NCBI GenBank assembly: GCA_947178215.1
Contig: CAMWXJ010000005.1
Span: 13,795-77,794, forward strand
From: an uncultured Porphyromonadaceae bacterium
Lineage (GTDB): Bacteria > Bacteroidota > Bacteroidia > Bacteroidales > Muribaculaceae
DNA: 64,000 nt
Reading direction: 5' to 3'
The notes beneath the pieces were generated by a model. The model was not told where the DNA came from, did no database searches, and worked only from the letters and a program-made list of their open reading frames with translations. A program made the position numbers and the translations under genes. Positions 37,501 through 47,222 of this stretch are shown one piece after another (position 1 is the first letter of the stretch; each line of letters opens with the position of its first letter).

Positions 37501-40500
37501 GCAATCTGCTCAACCCCGAGAAACGATGGGGAGGCATCATGCGCCGCCTCGACGTGACCGACTTCGAGTCGACCAACATCGAGTATATCCAGTTCTGGAT
37601 GATGGACCCGTTTCTCGACCCCGACAACCCAAACCGCGAGGGTGGCGACCTGTATATCAACCTCGGCGAAATATCGGAGGATATACTCAAAGACGGATTG
37701 AAGACCTATGAGAACGGCAACCCCGTAGACGGCAATAACCAATATATGCGCGAGACGGTGTGGGGACGCACGAGCTCGCAGAACTCCCTCACTTACGCGT
37801 TCGATAACGCCAACTCCGCGCGCCTGATTCAGGACACCGGACTCGACGGCCTGCTCAACGCCGACGAGTTCAATTTCAGCTCTTACGCCGACTATCTCTC
37901 ACGCCTGCGCTCGCGACTCTCCCCGGCGGCGACAGAGCGAATGCTCGCCGACGCATTCTCGCCGCTCAATGACCCCGCCGGCGACAACTACCACTTTTAT
38001 CGCGGTTACGACTACGACGAACAGCGACTGTCGATACTGGAACGCTACAAGCGCTACAATGGCGTGGAGGGCAACTCGCTCTCGCCCGAGGATGCCGGTG
38101 AGCCGCTCTACCAGAGCTCGCGCTCTCTGCCCGACGTTGAGGACATCAACCAGGACAATACCCTCAACGAATACGAGCGATATTTCCAATACCGCATATC
38201 TATCCGCCCGGAGGACCTCGAAGTAGGCCGCAACTATGTGACCGACAAGCAGACATCGCTCGTCTACACCCCCGACGGCCAGACTCCCGAAGTGACATGG
38301 TACCAATTCAAGATACCACTTGAAGAGTTCGAGAAAGCCGTCGGCTCGATAAGCGACTTCTCGACCGTGAGGTTCATGCGTATGTTCATGACCGGCTTCC
38401 GGAAGACCACACACCTCCGCTTCGCCACACTCGAACTGGTGGAGGGCGACTGGCGCACCTACGACTTCAATCTCAACAACCGCGGCGACGCTCCGGCCGA
38501 GGGGCAGCTCGACGTTTCAGTCGTAAACATCGAGGAGAATTCTTCGCGCCAACCCGTCAACTATCTCCTACCCCCGGGCGTCACCCGCATATCCGACCCG
38601 TCGCAGAGCCAGATAGTACTTGAAAACGAGCAGTCGATGTCGATGAAAGTAACAGGACTCCAGGCCGGCGACGCGCGAGGAGTGTACCGCAACACGCGCC
38701 AGGACCTGCGCAACTACAAGCGGCTACAAATGTGGACCCACGCCGAAGCACTCATCGACAACACCACATTTCTCAAATCGGGTGAGCTGTCGATATTCAT
38801 CCGTATAGGCTCCGACGTCAAAAACAATTTCTACGAGTACGAGATTCCGCTCACGCTCACTCCACCGTGGAGCGGAGCGCGCTATCCCGACACCTCCGAG
38901 GGGCGCGCAATCGTATGGCCGGCCGACAATTTCATGGACCTGAACCTACAAAACCTCGTCGACCTTAAAATCGAACGCAACCGCGCCCGTCGCGCCGAAG
39001 AGCAGGGTGTGGGCTACGGTATACTCTTCACCGCCCGCGACCCTGAACACCCGCGCAACACCATGGGCGTAATGGGCAACCCCACTCTCGGCGACATACG
39101 CGTGATGCTGATAGGCATACGCAACAACAGCTCGACCGTAAAAGACGGCACTGTGTGGGTCAACGAGCTCAAAGTGACAGAGTTTGACAGCGAGGGCGGT
39201 TGGGCGGCCAAGGGGTCGGCCAATCTTGCTGTCAGCGACATAGCCACCTTAAACCTCGCCGGGCATTATGAGTCGACCGGTTTCGGGGGTGTGGATCAGG
39301 GGCTCAATCAGCGACGCCTCGACGACTACTCGCGCTACGACATGGCGTTTCAGGTCGACCTCGGGCGCTTCCTGCCCCCGGCCTCGAAGATGCACATACC
39401 GGTGTTTTATTCCTACTCCAAGGAGACCACCACCCCCAAGTATAATCCGCTCGACACCGACGTAAGGCTCAAAGATGCACTCGACGCCGTGGAGACCCAA
39501 GCCGAACGCGACTCAATCAGCGGCTTTGCCGTAGAGCGCGCCACCACGCAGAATTTCTCTATCTCCAATCTCCGTTCCGACGTGCGCAGCAAGAATCCCA
39601 TGCCGTGGGATCCGGCCAACTTCGGCGCTTCGTTCTCGTTCTCCAAACTCAGCAAAAGCAATCCCACCACCGAATACGAGAACAGCAACGACTACCGCGG
39701 GTCGTTGCTCTACACCTACAACCCCTATTTCAAGCCGGCCAAGCCCTTTGCGTTTGTCAAGAGTAAGAACAGGAATCTCGCGTTCATACGCGACTGGCAG
39801 CTCAACTGGCTACCCACCTCAATCAGCTTCAACACATATATCAGCCGCTTTTATTACGAACAGCAGATACGCTCGGAAGTCGACGAGATGTTCCGGCTGC
39901 CGGTGTCGGTGAGCAAAAACTTCCTGTGGGACCGCCAGCTCAACATCACATGGTCGCTCACCAAGACCCTCAATTTCACTTTCATGTCCAACACGTCGGC
40001 ACGCATCGACGAGCCGGTCGGGGCTGTCAACCGAAAGCTCTTCCCCGACAAGTACCGCGAGTGGAAAGACACCGTGATGCAGAGCATACTCCACCTCGGT
40101 ACCCCGTGGTCCTACAATCAGACCGCTACCGCGACATACACCGCGCCATTCGCCAGGATACCCGCACTCGACTTCATCAACGGCTCGCTCAACTACAACT
40201 CCACCTACCGCTGGGACCGCGGCGCCACGGTCGACGGCGTGGATATGGGCAACACTATCTCAAATCAGACCACCTATGGCGCCGACGGCACTCTCAACTT
40301 CGAAAATATCTACAACAAGGTGCCGTGGCTCAAAGAGGTCAACGGGCGATTCACAACGTCGAAGCGCAACAATACACGCGAGCGCAAGGCGCGACGCATG
40401 GAACGCAACATGGCTCTGCTGCCCGACACGTCCATAACCTTACGCCACAATCTGCGCACCCGCAAGATACGTGTCACCGCCACCGATCCTGCCGACCCGT

Positions 40501-42062
40501 CGCGCAAGCCCGTGCGAGTGCGTACCCGCGTCATAGACCAGAACAATGTTGAGGTGCTCGACACCGGCAGCCGCACACTTAAATTTACGGTTGTCGAGGT
40601 GCTGAAAGAGAAGCGCACACTGCTCGGCGAGATAGGACAGTATGCGGCGCGCGTTGCCATGTCGCCGCGTCGCGTGGCGGTGCGCTACCGCTCCACACGG
40701 TCGCTCTCGCTACCCCTCTTCATCCCCGACATAGGCGACATATTCGGACAGGGGCGCGACAACGGTCCCCTCGCTCCCGGCCTCGGCTTTGCATTTGGCT
40801 TCTACGGAGACAACTATGTGGCCCGCGCCAAGGAGCGGGGCTGGCTCATGACCGACGACGGCCAGACCACCCCGGCCAACCTGTCGCGCACATCGGAGCT
40901 AAACATTGAGCTTAACCTCGAACCGATACCCGGCTTGAAAATTCAGCTCACCACCAACCGCACCGACAACCGCACCAGCCAGGTACAGTTTATGTTCGAC
41001 AATATGCCTACGGCCTATGCCGGATCGTTTACCATGACGCATGTGGCGATAGGCACCGCGCTCCGCGGCTCTACCGCCGAGACAGGCTACCGGTCCGACG
41101 CTTTCGACCGGCTCATAGCCAACATCCCCGTCATTGCCGGCCGCATAGAAAACAGTTATGCCGGCACCACCTATCCCACCGGCGGCTTCATGGAGGGCAA
41201 CATACACGCAGGCATGCCATATGACCCCAAGGTGGGCACAGTGTCGCGCACCGGCTCCGACGTGCTCATCCCCGCTTTCCTGTCGGCCTACACCGGCACC
41301 AACGCGGCACGCCAGTGGCTCAATCCGTTCCCGTCGTTCGGCGCGGCGCGTCCCAACTGGCGCGTCACCTACGACGGCTTCATCAACCTCGGAAACATGC
41401 GCAACATCTTCAAGAGCCTCACCGTAACCCATGCCTACCAATGCACCTACACCGTGGGCTCCTACTCGTCGTATCTCAACTGGGTGGGCATCGACGGCAG
41501 CGACACACGCGGATTCACCCTCGACGAGCTCACCGGCGAGCCTATACCCTCGTCGCCGTTCAATATCTCGTCGGTTGCCATTACCGAACGCTTCGCCCCG
41601 CTCATAGGCGCGTCGGCGACACTCAATAACGGCATGACCGTCAACGCCGAGTGGCGCGACCAGCGCACCCTCACCCTCAACACCTCGGCCGGACAGGTAG
41701 TCGAGGCATCATCGCGCGGAATCACCTGCGGCCTCGGATACAAGATTGTCGACTTCGGCACCGTGCTGAGGCTGCCACGCCAACGCCGGACAGCTGTGAG
41801 CAACGACCTCAACATCACCGGCGACCTATCCTATGCCCTCAACAGCGCCCTCATACGACGCATAGAGAGCAACTACACCCAGGCCACCTCAGGCACCCGC
41901 ACCATACACTTCAATCTGGCGGCCAAATACCAGATGAGTCGCCGCCTCAACATAGGAGCTTATCTCGAACATCAGATTAACATCCCCGTGGTAAGCTCCA
42001 ACTCCTACCCCACTTCATCGACCGCTTTCGGTCTTAGTTTCAACCTCTCCCTGTCACGTTAA
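34518..42062 (+). CDS. sprA: Type IX secretion system translocon SprA/Sov
   Basis: 2514 aa. FDFDQKIQANV, EDDIVKSIEAGNVS, WRLMMKNVY, WGGIMRRL, DGTVWVNEL, C-terminal FGLSFNLSLSR. Signal cleavage AMA-Q; exact start uncertain. Confidence 0.93.
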   Translation: MLSGATFLVSRFIITHINRLIKCLPPLRPGVGGTVILLMMMCGIAAMAQSVLPLPTFIGPPPVSLGSNSLTAGADSIMLPFPIRQAFPQTYEDMIADEFAADLDNPKNIRTVVEYDPSTGCYLLSTKLGDTTVYTPILLTPAQYNAWQTRKEMGAYYRRRNSAFLTGDDDGAGRQPFNVLDMSFALGPLEKIFGPGGLALRTQGSVQIDMGIKSNFTDNPALSLTSRRKTYFDFDQKIQANVQASVGDRLNFNLNYNTDATFAFDSKNLKLQYEGKEDDIVKSIEAGNVSLTTGSSLIRGSAALFGVKSKLQFGKLTATALVSQQNSVTRSVNTKGGVQTTPFSINADNYQANSYFFLSQWFRDNYDSFAARLPYVSSGVQITRIEVWVTNKNSTYNQSRNLVAFMDLGEASHLASDYWVPDHALLNPANRSNNLLDVIKSDYPGARNINTVTQALAPLAAFGIEGGRAFEKVESARLLSANEYTLNTTLGYISLRNRLNADQVLAVAFEYTYRGQVYQVGEFSADITSTDQSLYVKMLKSTTQEPRLPMWRLMMKNVYPLGATNIQRNNFKLNIKYLSDTTGTEISYLPVTGLYDKTLLQVMNLDRLDSNQESNSDGFFDFIEGYTIDADRGMIIFPVAEPFGSHLAKAIGNPAIAGKYTYTELYDSTLTVARQYADKNKFMLTGEYQASSGSRISLGAYNVPRGSVVVMAGGVRLTENSDYTVDYAMGYVTITNQSILDSGQNVSVTLEDQSDLFATQRKSLVGLDLNYAFNRNFNLGATLLHYGEKALIEKVNIGDETVNNTMLGANFGYSTEFLWLTSLLNKIPTVNATAPSRIALQGEIARLIPARQRTGSNKGSSYIDDFETAQRGLDLRSPYNWFLASTPYDPSGDALFPEAALSNNVAYGRNRALLNWYYIDRLFTNRNSSLAPGYIKSDLKQLSNPYVREVKTYEIFPGRQQTYGESNIIQTLNLSFYPTERGPYNLDATDIDDEGNLLNPEKRWGGIMRRLDVTDFESTNIEYIQFWMMDPFLDPDNPNREGGDLYINLGEISEDILKDGLKTYENGNPVDGNNQYMRETVWGRTSSQNSLTYAFDNANSARLIQDTGLDGLLNADEFNFSSYADYLSRLRSRLSPAATERMLADAFSPLNDPAGDNYHFYRGYDYDEQRLSILERYKRYNGVEGNSLSPEDAGEPLYQSSRSLPDVEDINQDNTLNEYERYFQYRISIRPEDLEVGRNYVTDKQTSLVYTPDGQTPEVTWYQFKIPLEEFEKAVGSISDFSTVRFMRMFMTGFRKTTHLRFATLELVEGDWRTYDFNLNNRGDAPAEGQLDVSVVNIEENSSRQPVNYLLPPGVTRISDPSQSQIVLENEQSMSMKVTGLQAGDARGVYRNTRQDLRNYKRLQMWTHAEALIDNTTFLKSGELSIFIRIGSDVKNNFYEYEIPLTLTPPWSGARYPDTSEGRAIVWPADNFMDLNLQNLVDLKIERNRARRAEEQGVGYGILFTARDPEHPRNTMGVMGNPTLGDIRVMLIGIRNNSSTVKDGTVWVNELKVTEFDSEGGWAAKGSANLAVSDIATLNLAGHYESTGFGGVDQGLNQRRLDDYSRYDMAFQVDLGRFLPPASKMHIPVFYSYSKETTTPKYNPLDTDVRLKDALDAVETQAERDSISGFAVERATTQNFSISNLRSDVRSKNPMPWDPANFGASFSFSKLSKSNPTTEYENSNDYRGSLLYTYNPYFKPAKPFAFVKSKNRNLAFIRDWQLNWLPTSISFNTYISRFYYEQQIRSEVDEMFRLPVSVSKNFLWDRQLNITWSLTKTLNFTFMSNTSARIDEPVGAVNRKLFPDKYREWKDTVMQSILHLGTPWSYNQTATATYTAPFARIPALDFINGSLNYNSTYRWDRGATVDGVDMGNTISNQTTYGADGTLNFENIYNKVPWLKEVNGRFTTSKRNNTRERKARRMERNMALLPDTSITLRHNLRTRKIRVTATDPADPSRKPVRVRTRVIDQNNVEVLDTGSRTLKFTVVEVLKEKRTLLGEIGQYAARVAMSPRRVAVRYRSTRSLSLPLFIPDIGDIFGQGRDNGPLAPGLGFAFGFYGDNYVARAKERGWLMTDDGQTTPANLSRTSELNIELNLEPIPGLKIQLTTNRTDNRTSQVQFMFDNMPTAYAGSFTMTHVAIGTALRGSTAETGYRSDAFDRLIANIPVIAGRIENSYAGTTYPTGGFMEGNIHAGMPYDPKVGTVSRTGSDVLIPAFLSAYTGTNAARQWLNPFPSFGAARPNWRVTYDGFINLGNMRNIFKSLTVTHAYQCTYTVGSYSSYLNWVGIDGSDTRGFTLDELTGEPIPSSPFNISSVAITERFAPLIGASATLNNGMTVNAEWRDQRTLTLNTSAGQVVEASSRGITCGLGYKIVDFGTVLRLPRQRRTAVSNDLNITGDLSYALNSALIRRIESNYTQATSGTRTIHFNLAAKYQMSRRLNIGAYLEHQINIPVVSSNSYPTSSTAFGLSFNLSLSR

Positions 42063-42076
42063 CAACACATATCATC

Positions 42077-43951
42077 ATGGCTGTATATCTGCAAATCGAC
42101 GACCTCACCAAGAGCTATTCCGAAGAGCTGCTGTTTGAATCGGTGACTTTCGGCATCAACGAAGGCGACAAGATAGGCATCGTGGCGCGCAACGGCACCG
42201 GCAAGTCCACTCTACTGCGCATAATAGCGGGCGAAGAAGCCCCCGACAGCGGCACGGTGACTTTCCGTGCCGACATCCGCGTAGGCTTCCTCGCCCAAAT
42301 ACCCGAGTTTACCCCAGGCTCGACTGTGCTGGAAAGCTGTCTGGCGCACACCGCCGGATCGACGGCACGTGCCGTCACCGACTATGAGGCAGCGCTCGCA
42401 ACCGGCGACACCGACGCAATCAACTCCGCAGCAGCCGAAATGGACGCCGCGGGAGCATGGGACTACGAGGATCGCCTCGGACAGCTGCTCACTCAGCTTC
42501 ACATAGGCGACATGTCGGCAAAAGTCGACACCCTGTCGGGCGGTCAGCGCAAACGTGTGGCGCTGGCGCGCCTCATTCTCGAACGCCCCGACCTGATGAT
42601 ACTCGACGAACCGACCAATCATCTCGATATCGAGGTGATTGAATGGCTCGAAAACTATCTGTCGCACTCGCGCGTGACGCTGCTTCTGGTGACCCACGAC
42701 CGCTACTTCCTCGACCGCGTGTGCAACCGCATTATAGAGCTCGACAACCGCCGGGCATATTTCCACGTCGGCAACTTCGACTACTACCTCCGACGCCGTG
42801 CCGAACGCATCGAGGCCATGGCCGCCGAGCAGGAACGACTCCGCAACACGCTGCGACGCGAGACGGAGTGGATGCGCCGGCAGCCACAGGCCCGCGCCGG
42901 CAAAGCCAAATACCGCATCGACGCGTACTATGACCTGAAAGAGCGCACGCGGGTCGACCTTACGGAGCGTAACGTAAACCTCGACATCGCCGCAGGATAT
43001 ATAGGCTCGAAGATTTTCGAAGCTCACGACGTGACGAAAGCCTACGGCGACAAAAAGGTGCTTGACCGGTTCACCTACACTTTCGCCCGCTATGAGAAGG
43101 TAGGCATCATAGGCCCCAACGGCGTGGGCAAGTCTACGTTTATCAAGATGCTCCAAGGGCTTGTAAAACCCGACTCCGGCAGCATCGACGTTGGCCAGAC
43201 GGTGCGCTTCGGCTACTACTCGCAGGACGGCATCAAGTTTGACGAAAGCAAAAAGGTGATTGACGCCGTGACCGACATACTCGAAGACGTGAGCCTTGAT
43301 GACGGAGGCCGCCACTATTCACCCATGCAGTTTCTCACCCGCTTCCTCTTCTCGCCACCCGACCAGCAGAAATATATCCACACATTGTCGGGAGGCGAAA
43401 AAGCGCGTCTGCATCTCGCCACTGTGCTTATGCGCCAGCCCAACTTCCTGATTCTTGACGAGCCAACCAACGACCTCGACATCGTGACCCTCGGGCTGCT
43501 TGAAGAGTATCTGGCAGAGTTCGAGGGGTGCGTAATCGTGGTGAGCCACGACCGCTTTTTCCTTGACTCCATAGTCGACCACCTGTTTGTATTTGAGGGC
43601 GAGGGGCGCGTGAGCGACTTCCCGGGCAACTACTCCGACTATCGCGCACGTCTGCGCGATACGGTGCGCGAAGAGAAGCAGCAGGCAGCCGCCACAGCAA
43701 CCGCCGCCGACACCAAGCCGCGCCGCAACACCGAGCGCAAGCGCCGCATGACCTTCAAGGAGCAACGCGAGTTTGAGGCCCTCACCGAGTCAATTGACCG
43801 GCTCACCGCTGAGAAAAAGGCTATCGACGAGCGTTTTGCCTCAGGCGAGGTGATTGACGACGCCGCCGCGCTGTCGGCGCGCTACGCTGAGCTGAGCGAC
43901 CTGCTCGACGAGCAGGAGATGCGCTGGCTCGAACTCTCGGAACTTCAATAA
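42077..43951 (+). CDS. ABC-F family ATP-binding protein (Uup-like, with C-terminal domain)
   Basis: Two NBDs (ARNGTGKST / GPNGVGKST; LSGGQ / LSGGE; LDEPTN twice), inter-domain linker, C-terminal KRRMTFKEQREFEAL. Confidence 0.92.
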   Translation: MAVYLQIDDLTKSYSEELLFESVTFGINEGDKIGIVARNGTGKSTLLRIIAGEEAPDSGTVTFRADIRVGFLAQIPEFTPGSTVLESCLAHTAGSTARAVTDYEAALATGDTDAINSAAAEMDAAGAWDYEDRLGQLLTQLHIGDMSAKVDTLSGGQRKRVALARLILERPDLMILDEPTNHLDIEVIEWLENYLSHSRVTLLLVTHDRYFLDRVCNRIIELDNRRAYFHVGNFDYYLRRRAERIEAMAAEQERLRNTLRRETEWMRRQPQARAGKAKYRIDAYYDLKERTRVDLTERNVNLDIAAGYIGSKIFEAHDVTKAYGDKKVLDRFTYTFARYEKVGIIGPNGVGKSTFIKMLQGLVKPDSGSIDVGQTVRFGYYSQDGIKFDESKKVIDAVTDILEDVSLDDGGRHYSPMQFLTRFLFSPPDQQKYIHTLSGGEKARLHLATVLMRQPNFLILDEPTNDLDIVTLGLLEEYLAEFEGCVIVVSHDRFFLDSIVDHLFVFEGEGRVSDFPGNYSDYRARLRDTVREEKQQAAATATAADTKPRRNTERKRRMTFKEQREFEALTESIDRLTAEKKAIDERFASGEVIDDAAALSARYAELSDLLDEQEMRWLELSELQ

Positions 43952-43977
43952 GCCCACATTCGTTTTAACAGCTGAGA

Positions 43978-45849
43978 ATGGCCCGACATATCTCCACATT
44001 AATAAAGCAGATGCTCCGTTGGCTACACGACAACATGCAACGCTGGCGCCGTATGAACCACCGCTTCGTCGGCGCGGTCCACACGATGTCGGGATGTCTG
44101 CGCGGCTTGTCGATGATTGCGTCGGTGCTGCTGCTCGGAGCTCTCGTCGTCTACTTCGGCTTCGACCACTCCGCGGATGAAGTCGTGATTATCCGGCGTG
44201 TGATACGCGCCGCGCAATTGATATTCCTGACCGACATCTTCTACGGCTTCATATTCGACCCCCACTCCACTTTTCGACAACGCGGCATAGTCAAGAAGAT
44301 AGTCGACGCAGCGATAGTGGTGACGCTCCTGCCGCTCATTTACCCTCTGCCGGTCCACCCGTGGCTGCCGTGGCTCGAACGGCTGCTCTACTCCTTCCGC
44401 TTCCTCACCGGAGTGCTCACCGCCTACGCTATCGTAGACGTGAGCTATGCGGTGATGATGCTCGTGGGGAGGCGCACCAACCCGTCGCTGCTGCTGTCGT
44501 CGAGCTTCCTTGCAGTCATCTTCATCGGCTCGCTGCTGCTGATGCTACCGAAATGTACCTACGGCCCGATTCAGTATGTCGACGCCCTTTTTGTGTCGAC
44601 ATCGGCCGTGTGCATCACAGGCCTGAGCACTATCGACGTCTATGTCAACTTCACTCCGCTCGGCATGATAGTGCTTGCGGTGTTGATACAGATAGGCGGC
44701 CTCGGCCTCATGACGTTCACGTCGTTTTTCGCGCTGTTTTTCTCGGGCCGCACGTCGATTTACAGTCACCTCGTGCTCCGCGACATGATTTACTCCAAGT
44801 CGATGAGCAACCTCTTCCCCACGCTGCTCTATATCCTGTCGTTCTCGCTCATAGTCGAACTGATAGGCGCCGTAGTGGTCTACGGTACGATAGAAGAGGC
44901 TTTCGGGCTCCCTTTCCTCCCCACGGTCGCCATATCGTTTTTCCACTCGCTATCGTCATTCTGCAACGCCGGCTTCTGCGTGATGCCCGGCGGCATGTCG
45001 AATCCACTGCTGCTCTACGGCGGCGGCTCTATCTACTGGATAACTTCGGTGATAGTCATCGCCGGTGCCATAGGCTTTCCTATCCTCGTCAACTTCAAGG
45101 ACGCGCTGATGCTTCACCTGCGCCGGTTCTGGCTCTTAGTCACCATGCGGCGCGACACGGAGCCGCGCAACGTCCACCCTTTCGACATGAACACCAAGAT
45201 TGTGCTTACCACGTTCTTCATACTGTTTTTCGGGGGAGCGGTACTGTTCGGACTTCTGGAATGGAACAATTCGCTCGCAGGATTCAGCGCGGGCGATAAA
45301 ATCACACAGTCGGTGTTCAATTCCGTCACTCCGCGCTCGGCGGGCTTCGCGTCAGTCAATCCGGCGGGCTTCCTCAACGTCACGCTCATCATGGTGATGT
45401 TTCTCATGTGGGTGGGCGGCGGCTCACAGTCCACGGCCGGCGGCATCAAGGTCAACACCTTCGCAGCCATCTGCCTCAATCTGCGCTGCATCATCCTGGG
45501 TCGCGATAAAGTGACTGCGTTCCGGCGCACGATAGCCGTGTGGTCAATCCGTCGCGCCAATGCCGTGGTGTGTATCTCAATCATCAGCTATCTGCTCTAC
45601 TCCATGACAATCCTGGCGCTCGAACCCGCGCTCCCTACGCGCGACCTTCTTTTCGAGACCCTCTCGGCCCTCTTCACTATCGGCTCGTCGCTCGGCGTCA
45701 CTCCCCTCCTCTCGCCCGCCTCCAAGCTCATACTCTGCTCGGCCATGTTTCTCGGCCGCGTGGGGCTCGTGTCGCTCATGAGCGGGCTCGCGGGCCGACG
45801 CCACGACTCCCCCGTATCATATCCCACCGACAATCTCATCATCAACTGA
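43978..45849 (+). CDS. trkH: Trk/Ktr potassium uptake membrane subunit
   Basis: STSAVCITGL, IQIGGLGLMT, SSFCNAGF, PRSAGF, GGGSQSTAGGIKV, MFLGRVG. Confidence 0.9.
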   Translation: MARHISTLIKQMLRWLHDNMQRWRRMNHRFVGAVHTMSGCLRGLSMIASVLLLGALVVYFGFDHSADEVVIIRRVIRAAQLIFLTDIFYGFIFDPHSTFRQRGIVKKIVDAAIVVTLLPLIYPLPVHPWLPWLERLLYSFRFLTGVLTAYAIVDVSYAVMMLVGRRTNPSLLLSSSFLAVIFIGSLLLMLPKCTYGPIQYVDALFVSTSAVCITGLSTIDVYVNFTPLGMIVLAVLIQIGGLGLMTFTSFFALFFSGRTSIYSHLVLRDMIYSKSMSNLFPTLLYILSFSLIVELIGAVVVYGTIEEAFGLPFLPTVAISFFHSLSSFCNAGFCVMPGGMSNPLLLYGGGSIYWITSVIVIAGAIGFPILVNFKDALMLHLRRFWLLVTMRRDTEPRNVHPFDMNTKIVLTTFFILFFGGAVLFGLLEWNNSLAGFSAGDKITQSVFNSVTPRSAGFASVNPAGFLNVTLIMVMFLMWVGGGSQSTAGGIKVNTFAAICLNLRCIILGRDKVTAFRRTIAVWSIRRANAVVCISIISYLLYSMTILALEPALPTRDLLFETLSALFTIGSSLGVTPLLSPASKLILCSAMFLGRVGLVSLMSGLAGRRHDSPVSYPTDNLIIN

Positions 45850-45852
45850 TAT

Positions 45853-46551
45853 ATGCGCTATCTCATAATAGGCCTCGGCATCTACGGCACCAACCTTGCA
45901 ATCGACCTCACCGACATGGGTCATGAGGTAATCGGCGCCGACATATCGGCCAATCTCGTAGAATCAATCAAAGACTACATCTCCACAGCCTACATAGTCG
46001 ACTCAACTGAGCGGCTGGCGCTGTCGGCGCTGCCGCTCGCCAACGTCGACACCGTCATCGTGGCTATCGGCGAGAACTTCGGCGCTTCGATACGCACGGT
46101 GGCGCTGCTGAAAGAGCTGGGCGTGAAGCGCATCTACGCACGCGCAATCGACCGCCTGCATGAATCGATACTCGAAGGCTTCCACATCGACCGCATCATC
46201 ACTCCGGAGCAGCGCGCCGCCATGGACCTCACACGCGACATGGCTATCGGGGGCAGCACCGAAAGCATCTCGCTTGAAGACGACGGCGAACACTTCGTGA
46301 TTCGCTTTACACTGCCGCCGGTGTTTGAGGGCCTGCGTTACGACGAGATACCGGTGCTGCGTACTCCGGAGATGCGTCTTATCGCCGTGACAAGGCCCTC
46401 GTCAGGACGCAACCGCCTCGGCATCATCCGCACCACGCGCACCATAATCGACACGGGCGAGGACGGCGAGAAAGCCGTTGCCGTCAAAGGCGACCTCGTG
46501 ACAGTCTACACATCAAAAAAAGCATTCCGCGAACTCTCATCATCATTATGA
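45853..46551 (+). CDS. trkA: Trk/Ktr potassium uptake NAD-binding (RCK) subunit
   Basis: IIGLGIYG Rossmann motif, VIVAIGENFGASI, RIITPEQRAA. Confidence 0.88.
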   Translation: MRYLIIGLGIYGTNLAIDLTDMGHEVIGADISANLVESIKDYISTAYIVDSTERLALSALPLANVDTVIVAIGENFGASIRTVALLKELGVKRIYARAIDRLHESILEGFHIDRIITPEQRAAMDLTRDMAIGGSTESISLEDDGEHFVIRFTLPPVFEGLRYDEIPVLRTPEMRLIAVTRPSSGRNRLGIIRTTRTIIDTGEDGEKAVAVKGDLVTVYTSKKAFRELSSSL

Positions 46552-47222
46552 ACATAGTTTACGAAGACAATCATATCATAGTAGTCGACAAGGCGCCCGG
46601 AGAGATAGTACAGGGCGACAAGACCGGCGACACCCCACTGGTCGAGACAGTGCGACAGTACATCAAAGAGCGCTACAACAAGCCGGGCAACGTGTTTTGC
46701 GGCGTGGTACACCGCCTCGACCGCCCCGTTGGCGGCCTGGTGATTTTCGCCAAGACATCGAAGGCGCTGAGCCGCCTCAACGAGATGCTGCGCCTCGGCC
46801 AGATACACAAGACCTACCGCGCGCTGACACGCAACATGCCCGACCCGACCGAGGGACGTATCGAGAGCTACATCACTTCGGTGGAGCGCAACAACAAAAG
46901 CTATTCATGGCCCGCGCCCAGGGATGGCGCGAAAAAATCATCGCTGACATATCGCGTGACAGGGCGCACCGACCGCTTCAACCTCCTGGAAATAAACCTC
47001 GAAACGGGCCGCAAGCATCAGATACGCGTACAGCTCGCCTCGATAGGATGCCCCATACGCGGCGACCTGAAATATGGCGACAAGCGGTCGAATCCCGACG
47101 GGTCAATCTCGCTCCAGGCGTTCAGGCTCCAATTCGTACACCCCGTGAGCAAGCAGCCCGTCGACCTCACGGCGCCCTATCCGGAAAGCTGGCCCGCCCT
47201 CAGCGACGGCGCGGCAGATTAA
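46548..47222 (+). CDS. RluA-family RNA pseudouridine synthase
   Basis: IVYEDNHIIVVDK, VHRLDRPVGG (catalytic Asp), ETGRKHQIRVQL, PIRGDLKYG. Confidence 0.92.
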   Translation: MNIVYEDNHIIVVDKAPGEIVQGDKTGDTPLVETVRQYIKERYNKPGNVFCGVVHRLDRPVGGLVIFAKTSKALSRLNEMLRLGQIHKTYRALTRNMPDPTEGRIESYITSVERNNKSYSWPAPRDGAKKSSLTYRVTGRTDRFNLLEINLETGRKHQIRVQLASIGCPIRGDLKYGDKRSNPDGSISLQAFRLQFVHPVSKQPVDLTAPYPESWPALSDGAAD

